This document shows, piece after piece, positions 25,283-35,799 of a stretch of DNA of 50,085 nucleotides. The stretch lies in sequence record SRR20825010_2634, one strand, 5' to 3'. How positions within the stretch are numbered: position 1 is the first letter of the stretch; the number at the start of each line of letters is the position of its first letter. The notes below the pieces were generated by a model. The model saw only the letters and a program-made list of their open reading frames with translations, was not told the DNA's origin and did not search any database. Position numbers and translations under genes: made by a program.

Positions 25283-26164
25283 TCACTCGCTGATTTCAGC
25301 GTCGTCCGAGTTGTCCGTTTCAGGATCAACCGTTTCCGACTCGGCTGAATCCTGATTGCTCGGCGATGGATTTTCTTTCTCCATCTCCGAGTCCTCAGAG
25401 GGCTCCCCATAGATGAGCACCGGGTTCTCCGGATCTTTCATCCATTCAATTCGCTCTGGTGTCTCGTAGTCGTAACCATCAAACGCGACGCGGACATGTG
25501 TCTTTCCGGTATCGCCTCGAACCGAAAGGACGTAACTGGTGTCCTCGACGTCGGTGTATTCATCGGTGAGTTCCCAGTCATACGCGACAAAGCTGATCGT
25601 CCCCACTTCGTTGTTGATCGTTTCGTCGTCTTTGATCAACTCGTAGGCGGCTTGCGCTAAAGTCGTATCAAACGGCACGGGAATCGTCTCGAGTTCTACC
25701 CGAGTGTCCAAATCGGTTTCGTCGGGAACCCAATCCACGCGGTCAAACCGCACCTCTTCTTTGTCGCTGATTTCGGCTCGAATAATTGCGTCGCCATCCG
25801 TCCCAATGACTCGGTAATAGTAGTTTTCGGTGTAGATCGCATTGTCAAGATTGTGTTCCGCCGCGAATTCGATCGATTCAATCTCACCCACCTGCTCTCG
25901 GATGGTTTCATTCTCTTTCAATGCATACATCAATGCTTGAGGCGTCTCTGCGTCGTCGAACATGTAGTCGTAGTTGACCGCATTGATTTCCTTCGCGAGT
26001 CGTTCGACGGCGTAGTACCCCAACCCCAACACACCGCCGCACATCAACAACATCGTTACAGAAACAATGGCGACAATGATAACGGTGTTCTTCGACGAAC
26101 CACCGCCACCGGAAGGTGAATTGGGAACCGGTTGCGTGTAGGGTGAATGGGGCGCGTGAGACAT
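25283..26164 (-). CDS. Hypothetical acidic single-TM protein with an internally duplicated domain (Coa1-like)
   Basis: TM ending in CGG. Repeats LKENETIREQVGEI..YRVIGTDG and IKDDETINNEVGTI..LSVRGDTG. Start at MSHAPH (26164). Confidence 0.7.
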   Translation of the reverse strand: MSHAPHSPYTQPVPNSPSGGGGSSKNTVIIVAIVSVTMLLMCGGVLGLGYYAVERLAKEINAVNYDYMFDDAETPQALMYALKENETIREQVGEIESIEFAAEHNLDNAIYTENYYYRVIGTDGDAIIRAEISDKEEVRFDRVDWVPDETDLDTRVELETIPVPFDTTLAQAAYELIKDDETINNEVGTISFVAYDWELTDEYTDVEDTSYVLSVRGDTGKTHVRVAFDGYDYETPERIEWMKDPENPVLIYGEPSEDSEMEKENPSPSNQDSAESETVDPETDNSDDAEISE

Positions 26165-26218
26165 GAGCGAAGCTGCTGATGGAACGAGAGCCGAGAGAAA
26201 ACGAGATGGCTCGGAGTA

Positions 26219-26256
26219 TAAACAAAAACGGACCGATGATTTCCACCGGTCCGTTT
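26219..26256 (-). terminator. Intrinsic terminator of degP
   Basis: Minus strand reads AAACGGACCG-loop-CGGTCCGTTT followed by TTGTTT. Confidence 0.75.
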
Positions 26257-26284
26257 GCATTCGTTTCAATTCAGCGTCGATCGA

Positions 26285-27781
26285 TCACTGCAGCGGCACA
26301 ATCATGCGTGTGTTCCCACGGCGAATGATCAATCGCAAAGGAATGCCCTGCCGTTTCGCTTCTGTGATGATCGCTTGCAAAGCCGTGACGGAGCTGACCG
26401 CGTTGCCACCGGCACTCTCGATCACATCGCCCGCCATCAATCCTGACTCATCCGCAATGCCTCCGTCCTCCACACTGAGAACGATCAACCCCGAATCCAT
26501 CCCTGAGTATCCGTAGCGTTGTGCGGACTCGGGTGTGATGGGTTCAAGCTTTGCGCCCAAGACGCTACCACCGTTGAACATCGCCATCGCTTCGCTGGTT
26601 CGTTCCTGCAAGTTGACGGTCTTGGTCAACGTTTCACCATCGCGGTTGATCACCATCGCAACGCTCGCCCCAGGCGGACGACTGGCGATGTAATTGACCA
26701 ATTGCGAACTGCTGCGAACTTTCTTTCCATCAACACTGACAACAACGTCACCTGGTTGCAGATTGGCGTTGGCAGCGGGCTGCTTGTCCAACACACCTTG
26801 AATCAAAGCACCGTCGTCAACCTTCAAACCCATCTCGGCAACCAACTCAGGTGTCACGTCGCGGACTTGGGCACCCAAGAAACCACGACGCACTTGGCCA
26901 TACTCGATGATCGATGTCAGAACGGGACGAGCCAACGAGACCGGAATCGCGAATCCAATCCCGGCACTCGCACCACTTCGTGACAGAATCGCGGTGTTGA
27001 TCCCGACCAATTCACCTCGCAAATTGACCAACGGGCCGCCGGAGTTGCCCGGATTGATCGCCGCATCAGTCTGCAAGAAGTCTTCGAACCCGTTGCCGTT
27101 GTTAACAATCCGGCGGTTCCGATTCTTTCCACTGATGATGCCCGCGGTGACGGTTTGATCCAAACCGAAGGGACTGCCAATTGCCAGCACCCAATCGCCG
27201 ACCTGAATGGCATCAGAATCGCCGAACGCGATCGCTCGCAGGTTGTCAGCTTCGATCTTCAAAACGGCCAAATCGGTTTCAGGATCGGTTCCAACCACTT
27301 CCGCTTCCAAACGCCGATCATCGCTCAGTTCGACGTAAACTTCGTCAGCGTCTTCGACCACATGGTTGTTGGTCAGAATGTATCCGTCATCTCGTACGAT
27401 CACGCCGCTGCCTTGACCTTCTCGTTCAGGCATTTGACGGCCACCCTGAGACGGATCCTCAAAGTACTTCTCAAATCCTGGCGGCAATTGGCTTCGCAGT
27501 CCCGGCGGCAATCGACTTGCAACGGCCTTCGCGCTGGTCTTCGAACTGACGCTGACAACGCTGGGTCGCATCGCTTCGGCGACCGTTCGAAACGATGCCG
27601 ACAAGTCTTGAGCCGTGTTCAATCCTTGGCCCGGATCGATCGCACCGGCTCGCTGGGCCGTTTGATCTGCCATCGCGTCTGATCGCAACCCATCCGGCAG
27701 GCTAACCACCACGGCGGCGGTCAGCGTGGCGACCCACAAACTTCCCAAAGCAAAACTGATTGGTTTCCATTGATTACGCAT
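26285..27781 (-). CDS. degP: DegP/HtrA serine protease with two PDZ domains
   Basis: GSGVI..ILTNNHVV, TDLAVLK, QTDAAINPGNSGGPL and two PDZ domains. Start at MRNQWK (27781). Confidence 0.93.
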   Translation of the reverse strand: MRNQWKPISFALGSLWVATLTAAVVVSLPDGLRSDAMADQTAQRAGAIDPGQGLNTAQDLSASFRTVAEAMRPSVVSVSSKTSAKAVASRLPPGLRSQLPPGFEKYFEDPSQGGRQMPEREGQGSGVIVRDDGYILTNNHVVEDADEVYVELSDDRRLEAEVVGTDPETDLAVLKIEADNLRAIAFGDSDAIQVGDWVLAIGSPFGLDQTVTAGIISGKNRNRRIVNNGNGFEDFLQTDAAINPGNSGGPLVNLRGELVGINTAILSRSGASAGIGFAIPVSLARPVLTSIIEYGQVRRGFLGAQVRDVTPELVAEMGLKVDDGALIQGVLDKQPAANANLQPGDVVVSVDGKKVRSSSQLVNYIASRPPGASVAMVINRDGETLTKTVNLQERTSEAMAMFNGGSVLGAKLEPITPESAQRYGYSGMDSGLIVLSVEDGGIADESGLMAGDVIESAGGNAVSSVTALQAIITEAKRQGIPLRLIIRRGNTRMIVPLQ

Positions 27782-28340
27782 CGTGAGAGTGTTCTCCAAA
27801 GGGGGATGGGCGGGTGAGTGATATTTCGCTCGTACCGTGGCGAAGTCAACGCAATGTTCCGCGACCTCGTCCAAACATTTGCCATGGGTTGCACGTATCC
27901 GAATCGCGGACGCACCCATGAGTTTTCGAGAAGCAGTACTACTGCGACCGGTGCCCATTTGGTTCACTTTGAACCGGAGACAAGTTGTCGAAAACGTTTC
28001 CCACGCCAGCAATCCAGCTTCCGCACGCCGCCAGTCCAGTGATCTGATCTGGTCCGAGATGTGCTGGGACTGGATCACTGATCAAACCGAGTCGTCCACG
28101 CACCAGTTGTCGATGCGGACCGCTTGGCGGCGGACCGATTGGATGCTCTGCAGACAACGAGAGCACCAATGTCATGATTGCCGCGGCTTTCTATTTGCGA
28201 ACCGATGATTTTGGCGAAGACGGTCGTCATGCCGGATGTCAAAATGGGCAAACTGATCCACATCGACGCATGAAACTCCCTTTGAAGCCGATGAGGGAAA
28301 ACTAAATTCCGCTCGACAGTCCTCACGGGACTTTGCTAGC

Positions 28341-29681
28341 ATGCAGCCTGAACATGTTGCGGGTGCCAACATGCCCAACGCGGTAGGAAACCACGATCCA
28401 ATGATGCGACAAACAGTAACGGTGATTCTGGCCGGAGGTCGTGGTTCACGACTCGAACCACTCACACGGGATCGCGCGAAACCAGCGGTCCCCATTGGTG
28501 GTGCCTACCGTATCATCGACTTCGTGCTGAGTAATTGCTTGAACAGCGATATGCGGCGATTGTTGCTGCTGACGCAGTACAAAGCTCAATCGCTGGACCG
28601 GCACATCAATGTGGCGTGGCGGAACTACTTCTGCCGCGAATTGGGCGAATTCATCGACGTTGTGCCACCGCAACAACGCATCGACGACAATTGGTACCAA
28701 GGCACCGCCGACGCGGTTTACCAAAACATTTACGCAATCGAACGTGAAGCTCCCGAGTACGTGGTGATTTTGGCAGGTGACCACCTGTACAAGATGAACT
28801 ACGAATCGATGGTCAATTTCCATCATCGCAAAGGTGCTGATGTCACAGTGGGCGCTTTGCGCGTCAGCCGTGAAGAAGCGAGACAGTTCGGCGTGATGCA
28901 GGTCGACACCGACAATCGGTTGGTGGAATTTCAAGAAAAACCGGAAAACCCGCGTCCAACGCTCGACGATCCCGACGTCTGTTTGGCATCGATGGGCATC
29001 TACGTCTTCAACACCCGATTCTTGTTCGAGCGATTGTGTGACGACGCGACTCAACCGGACAGCGATCACGACTTTGGGAAAAACATCATCCCCGGTGCGA
29101 TCAAAGACAGCCAAGTTTTCGCGTTCCCATTCACCGATGAAAATCGCAAACGAGACGCGTATTGGCGTGACGTCGGCACGCTGGAGGCCTACTACGAAGC
29201 CAACATGGACTTGGTCGGGGTTGATCCACAGTTGAACCTTTACGACCGACAGTGGCCGATTCGCTCCTTCCAACCACAATTGCCACCGCCGAAGTTTGTC
29301 TTTGGAAGCGAAGGTCGATCGTCACGCCGAGGCGAAGCACTTGATTCGATCGTCTGCCAAGGTGCAATTATCAGCGGCGGCTGCGTCCGACGGAGCGTCA
29401 TCGGCACCGGCTGCCGCATCAACAGCTACGCTCAAGTTGAAGACAGCATTCTTTTTGATGATGTCAACGTTGGACGACACAGTCGCATTCGACGTGCAAT
29501 CATTGACAAAGGAGTTCAAATCCCACCAGAAACGGAAATTGGATATGATCTGGCACTGGATCGTGCTCGTGGGCTAACAGTGACCGATAGTGGACTCGTT
29601 GTGATTGCGCGCGGCGAGATGATCGCTTCGCCGGTGTCCACCAATGGATCGCACGATCCAACATCTAGCCTGACTTCCTAA
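28341..29681 (+). CDS. glgC: Glucose-1-phosphate adenylyltransferase
   Basis: ILAGGRGSRLEPLTRDRAKPAVP, WYQGTADAV, AGDHLYKM, DFGKNIIP and YWRDVGT. Start may be 28401. Confidence 0.97.
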   Translation: MQPEHVAGANMPNAVGNHDPMMRQTVTVILAGGRGSRLEPLTRDRAKPAVPIGGAYRIIDFVLSNCLNSDMRRLLLLTQYKAQSLDRHINVAWRNYFCRELGEFIDVVPPQQRIDDNWYQGTADAVYQNIYAIEREAPEYVVILAGDHLYKMNYESMVNFHHRKGADVTVGALRVSREEARQFGVMQVDTDNRLVEFQEKPENPRPTLDDPDVCLASMGIYVFNTRFLFERLCDDATQPDSDHDFGKNIIPGAIKDSQVFAFPFTDENRKRDAYWRDVGTLEAYYEANMDLVGVDPQLNLYDRQWPIRSFQPQLPPPKFVFGSEGRSSRRGEALDSIVCQGAIISGGCVRRSVIGTGCRINSYAQVEDSILFDDVNVGRHSRIRRAIIDKGVQIPPETEIGYDLALDRARGLTVTDSGLVVIARGEMIASPVSTNGSHDPTSSLTS

Positions 29682-29732
29682 CCGTCGCTTTCGGCAACTG
29701 CCGAGGGCTTCCTCGAAACCCTCCGCTGTGCC

Positions 29733-30701
29733 GTGAACCCGTCATTGATCGCCGCCGGTTTCTTTTTCGCCGCGGTCTTGATTGCAATCGGTTACATCCT
29801 CGGACGTCGACGCGGCAAAGTCGCGAAGGCGATCCCACAAGGACCGATCATTCAAGAGGACGAGCGTCAACGCATGTTGGGCTTGCTCGAAGGTCTGTCA
29901 CGTTGGACCAACGAGTACTCAGGCAACGTTTCGAACTATCAAAGCGAACTGGGCGAACTCAGCGACGCGATGAGGATCAGTTTGCAACAATCGCGTTCCG
30001 GCGCCACCCGCAACGGCAGGGCCAACGACAATCAACAAGCCAGCGACGCAAGGATGGTGACGTTGATCAATCAGATCATGTCAACGAACACCGAGTTGCA
30101 AACACGTTTGGAAGCCGCTGAGCAGCAACTCGAAGAACAAACCGAACAAATCCAGTCCTACCTCACGGAAGCTCGCACGGACGGTCTGACGGGTCTCTTC
30201 AATCGACGAGCCTTCGACAAAAAACTCGACGAGTTGTTTTCCGCCTACCGCGCCGGTGGCAAGTCGTTCACGCTCATCTTGATGGACATCGATCACTTCA
30301 AGATGATCAACGATACACATGGTCACCCGATCGGCGACATCGTTCTGCAACAGATTTCGCAACGACTCGGTCATGGGATGCAAGACGCCGAGATCGTTTC
30401 GCGATTCGGCGGCGAAGAATTCGCGATCTTGACGCATCTACCGATTCGCGCCGCGGCCGAAAAAATCAACAAACTGCGAGACCGCATTGCGAACGATCCG
30501 GTCGATGCGGGTTCCGCCGAATTGCAAGTCACACTCAGCGTTGGACTGAGTACGCCCCACGAAGATTTGGTCATCGGTCCGATCGTGCGTCGTGCCGATG
30601 AGGCTCTTTATTCGGCCAAGAACATGGGACGAAACCGCGTCTACTTCAACGACGGCAACGGTGCCCAATTGATCAACGCTCCCGAAGTCATTCGCTCATA
30701 A
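29733..30701 (+). CDS. Membrane-anchored diguanylate cyclase (GGDEF)
   Basis: N-terminal TM, coiled coil, TDGLTGLFNRR, DIDHFKMINDTHGH, RFGGEEF and ADEALYSAK. Confidence 0.93.
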   Translation: MNPSLIAAGFFFAAVLIAIGYILGRRRGKVAKAIPQGPIIQEDERQRMLGLLEGLSRWTNEYSGNVSNYQSELGELSDAMRISLQQSRSGATRNGRANDNQQASDARMVTLINQIMSTNTELQTRLEAAEQQLEEQTEQIQSYLTEARTDGLTGLFNRRAFDKKLDELFSAYRAGGKSFTLILMDIDHFKMINDTHGHPIGDIVLQQISQRLGHGMQDAEIVSRFGGEEFAILTHLPIRAAAEKINKLRDRIANDPVDAGSAELQVTLSVGLSTPHEDLVIGPIVRRADEALYSAKNMGRNRVYFNDGNGAQLINAPEVIRS

Positions 30702-30740
30702 AATCGCTCGGCGAACCAAATCCCAAACGGCGATTGACAA

Positions 30741-31652
30741 CTACTTGCCTTCCAGCAATCTCGCTGGGTTGGTTTGCGTCCATGCTCGGATGCGAGCTTC
30801 GTCGATCTTCAATTCTTGACGCAGTTTCTCGGCCATCGTCTGAACGGAAGTTGCACACCCGGCAAAGTGCGTTCGACATTCTGCCCACGCCGCACCGTCG
30901 TCATCGACATGAACGTCCTGGCCCGCCAACGCATACGTGCCCGGTCCTAAACCGGCCGCACTGATCGCGTCGCTGACGATGACGATGTTCTTGTCAGGCA
31001 CACACTGCAAATAGTTGCCCAGGGCCATCATCGGGATATGAAAACCATCGGCGATAAAACTGATCGACAATCGCGAAGCACGAGACAGCACTCGCTGCAC
31101 GATGTTGTCGTGACGAGGAATCGATGATGGACACGCGTTGCCCAAATGTGTGAACATCGACAGCCCCGAATCAATCGCGACGTCCAGTTCATCCATACTC
31201 GCATTGGTATGTCCCGCCGCGACAATGATTCCGCGGTCGTGCAACCAACGCGTCGTGATACCGTTGGGGTCTTGCTCCGGTGCAAGCGTGACCAAACGAA
31301 TGTGACCACGTCCAGCGTCCAGCAAACGTTCCGCATCGTCGATCGTCGCCGCACGAATCTCTGACTTGGGATGAGCACCCGCGTAACCATCCAACGGCGA
31401 CAAAAACGGTCCTTCGACATGAATTCCCGCGATTGTTTTCGCGACTTCATCGTCCGCTTCGATGGCATCAACAATGCGGCTGATGCGAGCGCACATGGCA
31501 TTCATCGAATCCGTGATCACCGTGGCCAAACACCGGTCGACCTCATGTGAACGCATCACGTCACAGGCGTGCTTGGCTTGCTCAGTCGAAAGTTCGTTCC
31601 CGTTGAAGTCCACGCCGGCGTAGCCGTTGACTTGCAGATCGACGTGGTTCAA
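30741..31652 (-). CDS. nagA: N-acetylglucosamine-6-phosphate deacetylase (short form)
   Basis: DLQVNG, HVEGPFL, TLAPE, AGHTNA, THLGNA, ADGFH, SDA and NPARLL. TTG start overlaps the nagB stop. Confidence 0.85.
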   Translation of the reverse strand: MNHVDLQVNGYAGVDFNGNELSTEQAKHACDVMRSHEVDRCLATVITDSMNAMCARISRIVDAIEADDEVAKTIAGIHVEGPFLSPLDGYAGAHPKSEIRAATIDDAERLLDAGRGHIRLVTLAPEQDPNGITTRWLHDRGIIVAAGHTNASMDELDVAIDSGLSMFTHLGNACPSSIPRHDNIVQRVLSRASRLSISFIADGFHIPMMALGNYLQCVPDKNIVIVSDAISAAGLGPGTYALAGQDVHVDDDGAAWAECRTHFAGCATSVQTMAEKLRQELKIDEARIRAWTQTNPARLLEGK

Positions 31653-32428
31653 CTGCCAGGCTCCATTGAATTCCGAACGTCGCGATCCAACTCGGCCGAC
31701 GACGCGATATCGATGATCAGCGTCGCGTTGGGATGCAGATGAAGAGCCGATGCTGGCACCATCGGCTCGTTAACGACCGCCAACGTTTTCGCGACCGCTT
31801 CCGCTTTCTGAGCATCCGGGACCGAACAAAAGATCTGACGCGATTTCAGGATTTGCTGAACCGACATGCTGATCGCTTGCGTCGGCACTTCCTCGAGCGA
31901 TGAGAACCATCCCTCGCCAACTTGTTGCTCACGACAACGTTGATCCAAATCCACCAACAAATACGGTTCGGTCGTGGTCAAGTCAGCCGGTGGGTCGTTG
32001 AACGCGAGGTGTGCGTTCTCACCGATTCCCACCAAGGACACGTCAATCCGAGTTTGCCGCAACAAGTCGCCGACTCGTTTCATCGTTTCCACAGGATCTT
32101 CATCCCCGCGAAGGTAATGAAACGCTCCGGGTGAAACTTTCTCGACAAAGCGTTCGCGGAGGTATTTGCAAAACGATGCGGGATGATCCGGCGATACACC
32201 AACGTATTCATCCAGATGGAAACCGGTCACCTTCGACCAATCGATGCCGGGTTGCTCGGCCAAAGAGGCTAAAACTTCGAACTGGGAAGCACCGGTTGCG
32301 ACGACGATATTGGCATGACCGAACTCACTCAGAGCCATTCGGATCGAGTCGGCAGCATTTCGGCCCACCCAGAGCCCCATTTCGAAGCGGTCAGCGGCTA
32401 GGATCTTGTTCAACATTGGCGGTCGCAT
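31649..32428 (-). CDS. nagB: Glucosamine-6-phosphate deaminase family protein
   Basis: ATGASQ, FHLDEYVG, GIGENAHLAFNDP and PASALHLH. Confidence 0.85.
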   Translation of the reverse strand: MRPPMLNKILAADRFEMGLWVGRNAADSIRMALSEFGHANIVVATGASQFEVLASLAEQPGIDWSKVTGFHLDEYVGVSPDHPASFCKYLRERFVEKVSPGAFHYLRGDEDPVETMKRVGDLLRQTRIDVSLVGIGENAHLAFNDPPADLTTTEPYLLVDLDQRCREQQVGEGWFSSLEEVPTQAISMSVQQILKSRQIFCSVPDAQKAEAVAKTLAVVNEPMVPASALHLHPNATLIIDIASSAELDRDVRNSMEPGS

Positions 32429-32470
32429 GTGGCGGCTAACAAATCATTCGTTCATCGACAAGGCTTCATT

Positions 32471-33790
32471 GTGACACAGCCGGTAGCAGTAAACGAGAGT
32501 GGTTGGAAACGATACCGTCGAATTGGCCCCGCCATCGTCGTCGCGGCCGTCGTTCTTGGGCCCGGCAGCATCGTCAGCGCCAGCCGCGTTGCCTGCGGAG
32601 AAGGCTTTGATTTGCTTTGGATTGTGCCGCTAGCGGGAATCCTGATGATCGGAATGACCGCCGCTGCGATGACAATTGGCGTCTGCAAAGAAAATACTTT
32701 GTGCGGTCTGGTTGCCGATCGTTTTGGACGCTGGGCCGCCTGGGTTGTCGGATTGTCGCTCTTGATTGCGATCACGTTGTTCCAAGCATCCAACAACAAC
32801 GCGATGTGGATGGCAGTCAGCGGATTCATTGGCCACGAAACCGTGAACAAATGGTCAACGCTTGGACGTGCATCAGGATTGTTGCTTTTCAATGGAGCCA
32901 TCATCGCACTCGTGTGGCTCGGCCGGCGTGACCTGTATCGCTGGATCGAACGTGCGATGGCGTTCCTCGTCGGTGCCATGGTTTTGTCGTTTGGTGCCAG
33001 TATGTTCGCGTCGTCGCCTGATTGGGTCGAGGTGATCGGCGGCTTGATCCCCAGCCTTCCGGCACCCGAAGTGGACGCAACACTGGCCAGCGAGTCGGAA
33101 ACCATCGCGAGTTCCGACAATGCATCAATCGCGTGGCTGAGCATGGCGGCATTGGTCGCGACCACGTTCTCGGTCGCGGGAGCGTTCTACCAGTCTTATC
33201 AAGTCAAAGAGAAAGGCTGGAAACGCGAAAATCTGTCGACCGGGCTGGTGGATGTCTTTGTTGGAATCTCATCGCTGGCGCTGATCACCGGAATGATTTA
33301 TGTCACCGCGGCGACCGCATTGCACGGCAACATCGCTCCTGAAGATTTAACCGATGCATCGGTCGTTGCCCTGTCGCTCGAACCTTTATTCGGATCGTGG
33401 GCTCGAATCGTTTTTTCAATCGGTATTTTTGCCGGAGCGGCCAGCTCATTTCTGGTCAACGCATTGATTGGCGGCGTCGTTTTCTGCGACGCGATTGGAA
33501 CGGACTGCCGTGTCTCCTCTCGCCCGGTTCAACGAGCCACCATTGCCGCATTGCTCGCCGGATGGGCGGTCGCCAGCCTCGCCGCATTGACCGAAGTTGA
33601 TTTGGTCAGCTTCATTGTCATCGCACAATCGTTGACTGTGCTTTGCTTTCCACTGCTCGCCGCCGTGATCGTTTGGCAGTTACACACGCTCGAACGCAAA
33701 GACGTCGCTTGGCCAATTCGAGTGCTGGCATGGATCGGATTGGCGGTCGTGATCGCCCTGTCACTGAAAACACTCAGCGGGTTGATCTGA
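32471..33790 (+). CDS. NRAMP-related (YcsG-like) transporter
   Basis: IGPAIVVAAVVLGPGS, about 11 TMs, ALVATTFSVAGAFYQSY and SLEPLFG. Start 32471 (GTG) or 32429. Confidence 0.8.
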   Translation: MTQPVAVNESGWKRYRRIGPAIVVAAVVLGPGSIVSASRVACGEGFDLLWIVPLAGILMIGMTAAAMTIGVCKENTLCGLVADRFGRWAAWVVGLSLLIAITLFQASNNNAMWMAVSGFIGHETVNKWSTLGRASGLLLFNGAIIALVWLGRRDLYRWIERAMAFLVGAMVLSFGASMFASSPDWVEVIGGLIPSLPAPEVDATLASESETIASSDNASIAWLSMAALVATTFSVAGAFYQSYQVKEKGWKRENLSTGLVDVFVGISSLALITGMIYVTAATALHGNIAPEDLTDASVVALSLEPLFGSWARIVFSIGIFAGAASSFLVNALIGGVVFCDAIGTDCRVSSRPVQRATIAALLAGWAVASLAALTEVDLVSFIVIAQSLTVLCFPLLAAVIVWQLHTLERKDVAWPIRVLAWIGLAVVIALSLKTLSGLI

Positions 33791-33859
33791 CCGTTCTCGC
33801 TTTCCACCAACGCGATCGACTGACCGATCGCGTGCTATCACTCGAAACAGACGCCCGGT

Positions 33860-35200
33860 TCAGCGAATTGCGATCGCGAACAATTGCGAGATCCTGGCCT
33901 GTTGATCCGGCGTGACCCATCGCAAGTCAATCGCAACGCCATCATCCGACGGTTCGGCCAAGAGGCACGTGTCGCCCTTCGTCAAACGCTCGACGACCAC
34001 CGCGGGGCTGGACGTGTTGACTCGCACCAACACTTGTCGCGATGGAAGCGTGCCTGACTTGAGAGGCATCGTGGCAGAGTCCTGTGTCACGACGGCAGAC
34101 GTCACGCCATCAATGCCCGACAACTGAGTCGCCAAACGTTCGGCTCGGTCCTGCAAATTGCTTTCACTGGCCGCGATCAACCGATCCACAGGCAGATTGT
34201 TATCACAAGCGAGTAGCGCCGCCGCGTTCAGCATTGCGACGATCGCATCGGGAGCCTGCAACATGGAAATTCGTGGGTCTTCGTTCCACACTTTCATCCA
34301 TTCGGTGCGTCCGATGAGAATCCCCATGCCGGGTGTTCCCGTCAAAACACCGCCACCGATCAACGCCGCATCGGCACCCGCTCGGAGCAAACCTGCCGCA
34401 CTGCAACAACCTTCGGTAGAAGTTCCGAGCAATCGCGCCGACGGTGCCACAACGATTTCCGAAACGCCATGTTTGCGACGTGACTCCACATCCAGCGTGC
34501 AACACTCTTTTGGCAAACGCACCAACGTTGTTGTTCGTTGACCACCGAACGATCGACTGGGACAACCGCCCATCGCGTCGACCAAGTCAGACTCTTGAAT
34601 GCCATCGCTCGTGCCGACTTCGCGAACCGCACCGCCAGTCCAACGTTGCAGTTCATCGGCCAAGCATGCTGGACTTCCGCTCCGCAAAGGCACCGCACAA
34701 CAACGTGGCACCAAAATGCGTCCTGCCCGTCGCCCGCATTGGCCAATCAAACTCAATCCCGCGTCAAAAGAATTGACAACGAGCACTTGCACATCGGTGC
34801 CACAAGGCTCGCTGAGGAAACGTTCGACCGGCTGGGTGTTTCGACGATCGTGAGACAGGCTGCAATCGCCCATCAGATACGGTGCCGCAGCGGCCAGGAC
34901 AGATGGATCGACGGCCACGCCGCTGCCGCGTTCATGCGACAAATTCCCGGACCCGTTGATCAAAGATTGCGGGCCTTGGAAGGCTGACGTTCCCGCCCAC
35001 GCATCGCGAAAGGGTGCGGCACTCGCTTCGGCCTGCTTTAGAATCGTATCGACCTTTTCGCGAGCCACACGAGGAAGTTCCTCGACCAACTTGCTCGCTT
35101 GGTCCTTAAGATTTTGTGCGGTCTCCGGGTCTGTCGCTTGCCGAGCCAAATCGGCCACGCCGCGTCGCAACAAATCCACCGTCCAGGGAGGCAGTGCCAT
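33860..35200 (-). CDS. SelA-like fold-type I protein lacking the PLP lysine
   Basis: LINGSGNLSH, VVNSFDAG, EVGTSD, GADAALIGGGVLTGTPGMGILIG and IDLRWV parallel SelA motifs. Confidence 0.7.
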   Translation of the reverse strand: MALPPWTVDLLRRGVADLARQATDPETAQNLKDQASKLVEELPRVAREKVDTILKQAEASAAPFRDAWAGTSAFQGPQSLINGSGNLSHERGSGVAVDPSVLAAAAPYLMGDCSLSHDRRNTQPVERFLSEPCGTDVQVLVVNSFDAGLSLIGQCGRRAGRILVPRCCAVPLRSGSPACLADELQRWTGGAVREVGTSDGIQESDLVDAMGGCPSRSFGGQRTTTLVRLPKECCTLDVESRRKHGVSEIVVAPSARLLGTSTEGCCSAAGLLRAGADAALIGGGVLTGTPGMGILIGRTEWMKVWNEDPRISMLQAPDAIVAMLNAAALLACDNNLPVDRLIAASESNLQDRAERLATQLSGIDGVTSAVVTQDSATMPLKSGTLPSRQVLVRVNTSSPAVVVERLTKGDTCLLAEPSDDGVAIDLRWVTPDQQARISQLFAIAIR

Positions 35201-35304
35201 CAGAAATCGTTTTCAATGAGAGAAGGAGACAAGTTCGAAGTCGTCCCTCCCATCATCCTCCACTCAATCCCGTCACGCAAGAAAGGATTTGTTTGACCGA
35301 TCGA

Positions 35305-35799
35305 TCAAGGACGCTCTAATTCGAGGAAGTCGTTGACGTTGGCAACGCGTTCTTCGGGTCCGCTGGCGGCTTGGGGAGCACCAAACATAGAACTGAAGAA
35401 ACCGGGCGAATCAGATTGCGATGTCGATTTTGTTTCGGTTCCCGTACCAGCAAACATGTTCATCGGGTTCAAACGAGCCGGATTAAACGTTTCCTTGGTA
35501 CGCTGCCAAGACTTGGACGCGGTGGTTTTGACATCCGTCATCAAACCATTCTTGCGTTCCACGATCCGTTCTTGATCGTCATTGGGAACCAAAAAGCTTG
35601 GCATGCGGAAAGCAGGAGCCTTCGGCATCGAAGGCATCTTCCAGTTTGCGGGATTGAGTGTCTGAGCCATCTTTGAGAAAGCTCCCGGCTCCGCCCCTTG
35701 CGCGGAGGCGGACGTGGCGGCCATGCACTGGCTGCCAACGAACAAACAAACGCAAACGGTTAGTCGACGCGAAAAAGGCGACATTTCAAAACGGGGCAT
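35305..35799 (-). CDS. Hypothetical exported protein
   Basis: Signal peptide ending ASA-Q and a low-complexity mature region. Fits between co-oriented genes. Confidence 0.7.
   Translation of the reverse strand: MPRFEMSPFSRRLTVCVCLFVGSQCMAATSASAQGAEPGAFSKMAQTLNPANWKMPSMPKAPAFRMPSFLVPNDDQERIVERKNGLMTDVKTTASKSWQRTKETFNPARLNPMNMFAGTGTETKSTSQSDSPGFFSSMFGAPQAASGPEERVANVNDFLELERP

Noticed and set aside
33860-35200. Functional selenocysteine synthase / Sec machinery
   Set aside because: PLP lysine absent and no selB, selD or tRNA-Sec visible.
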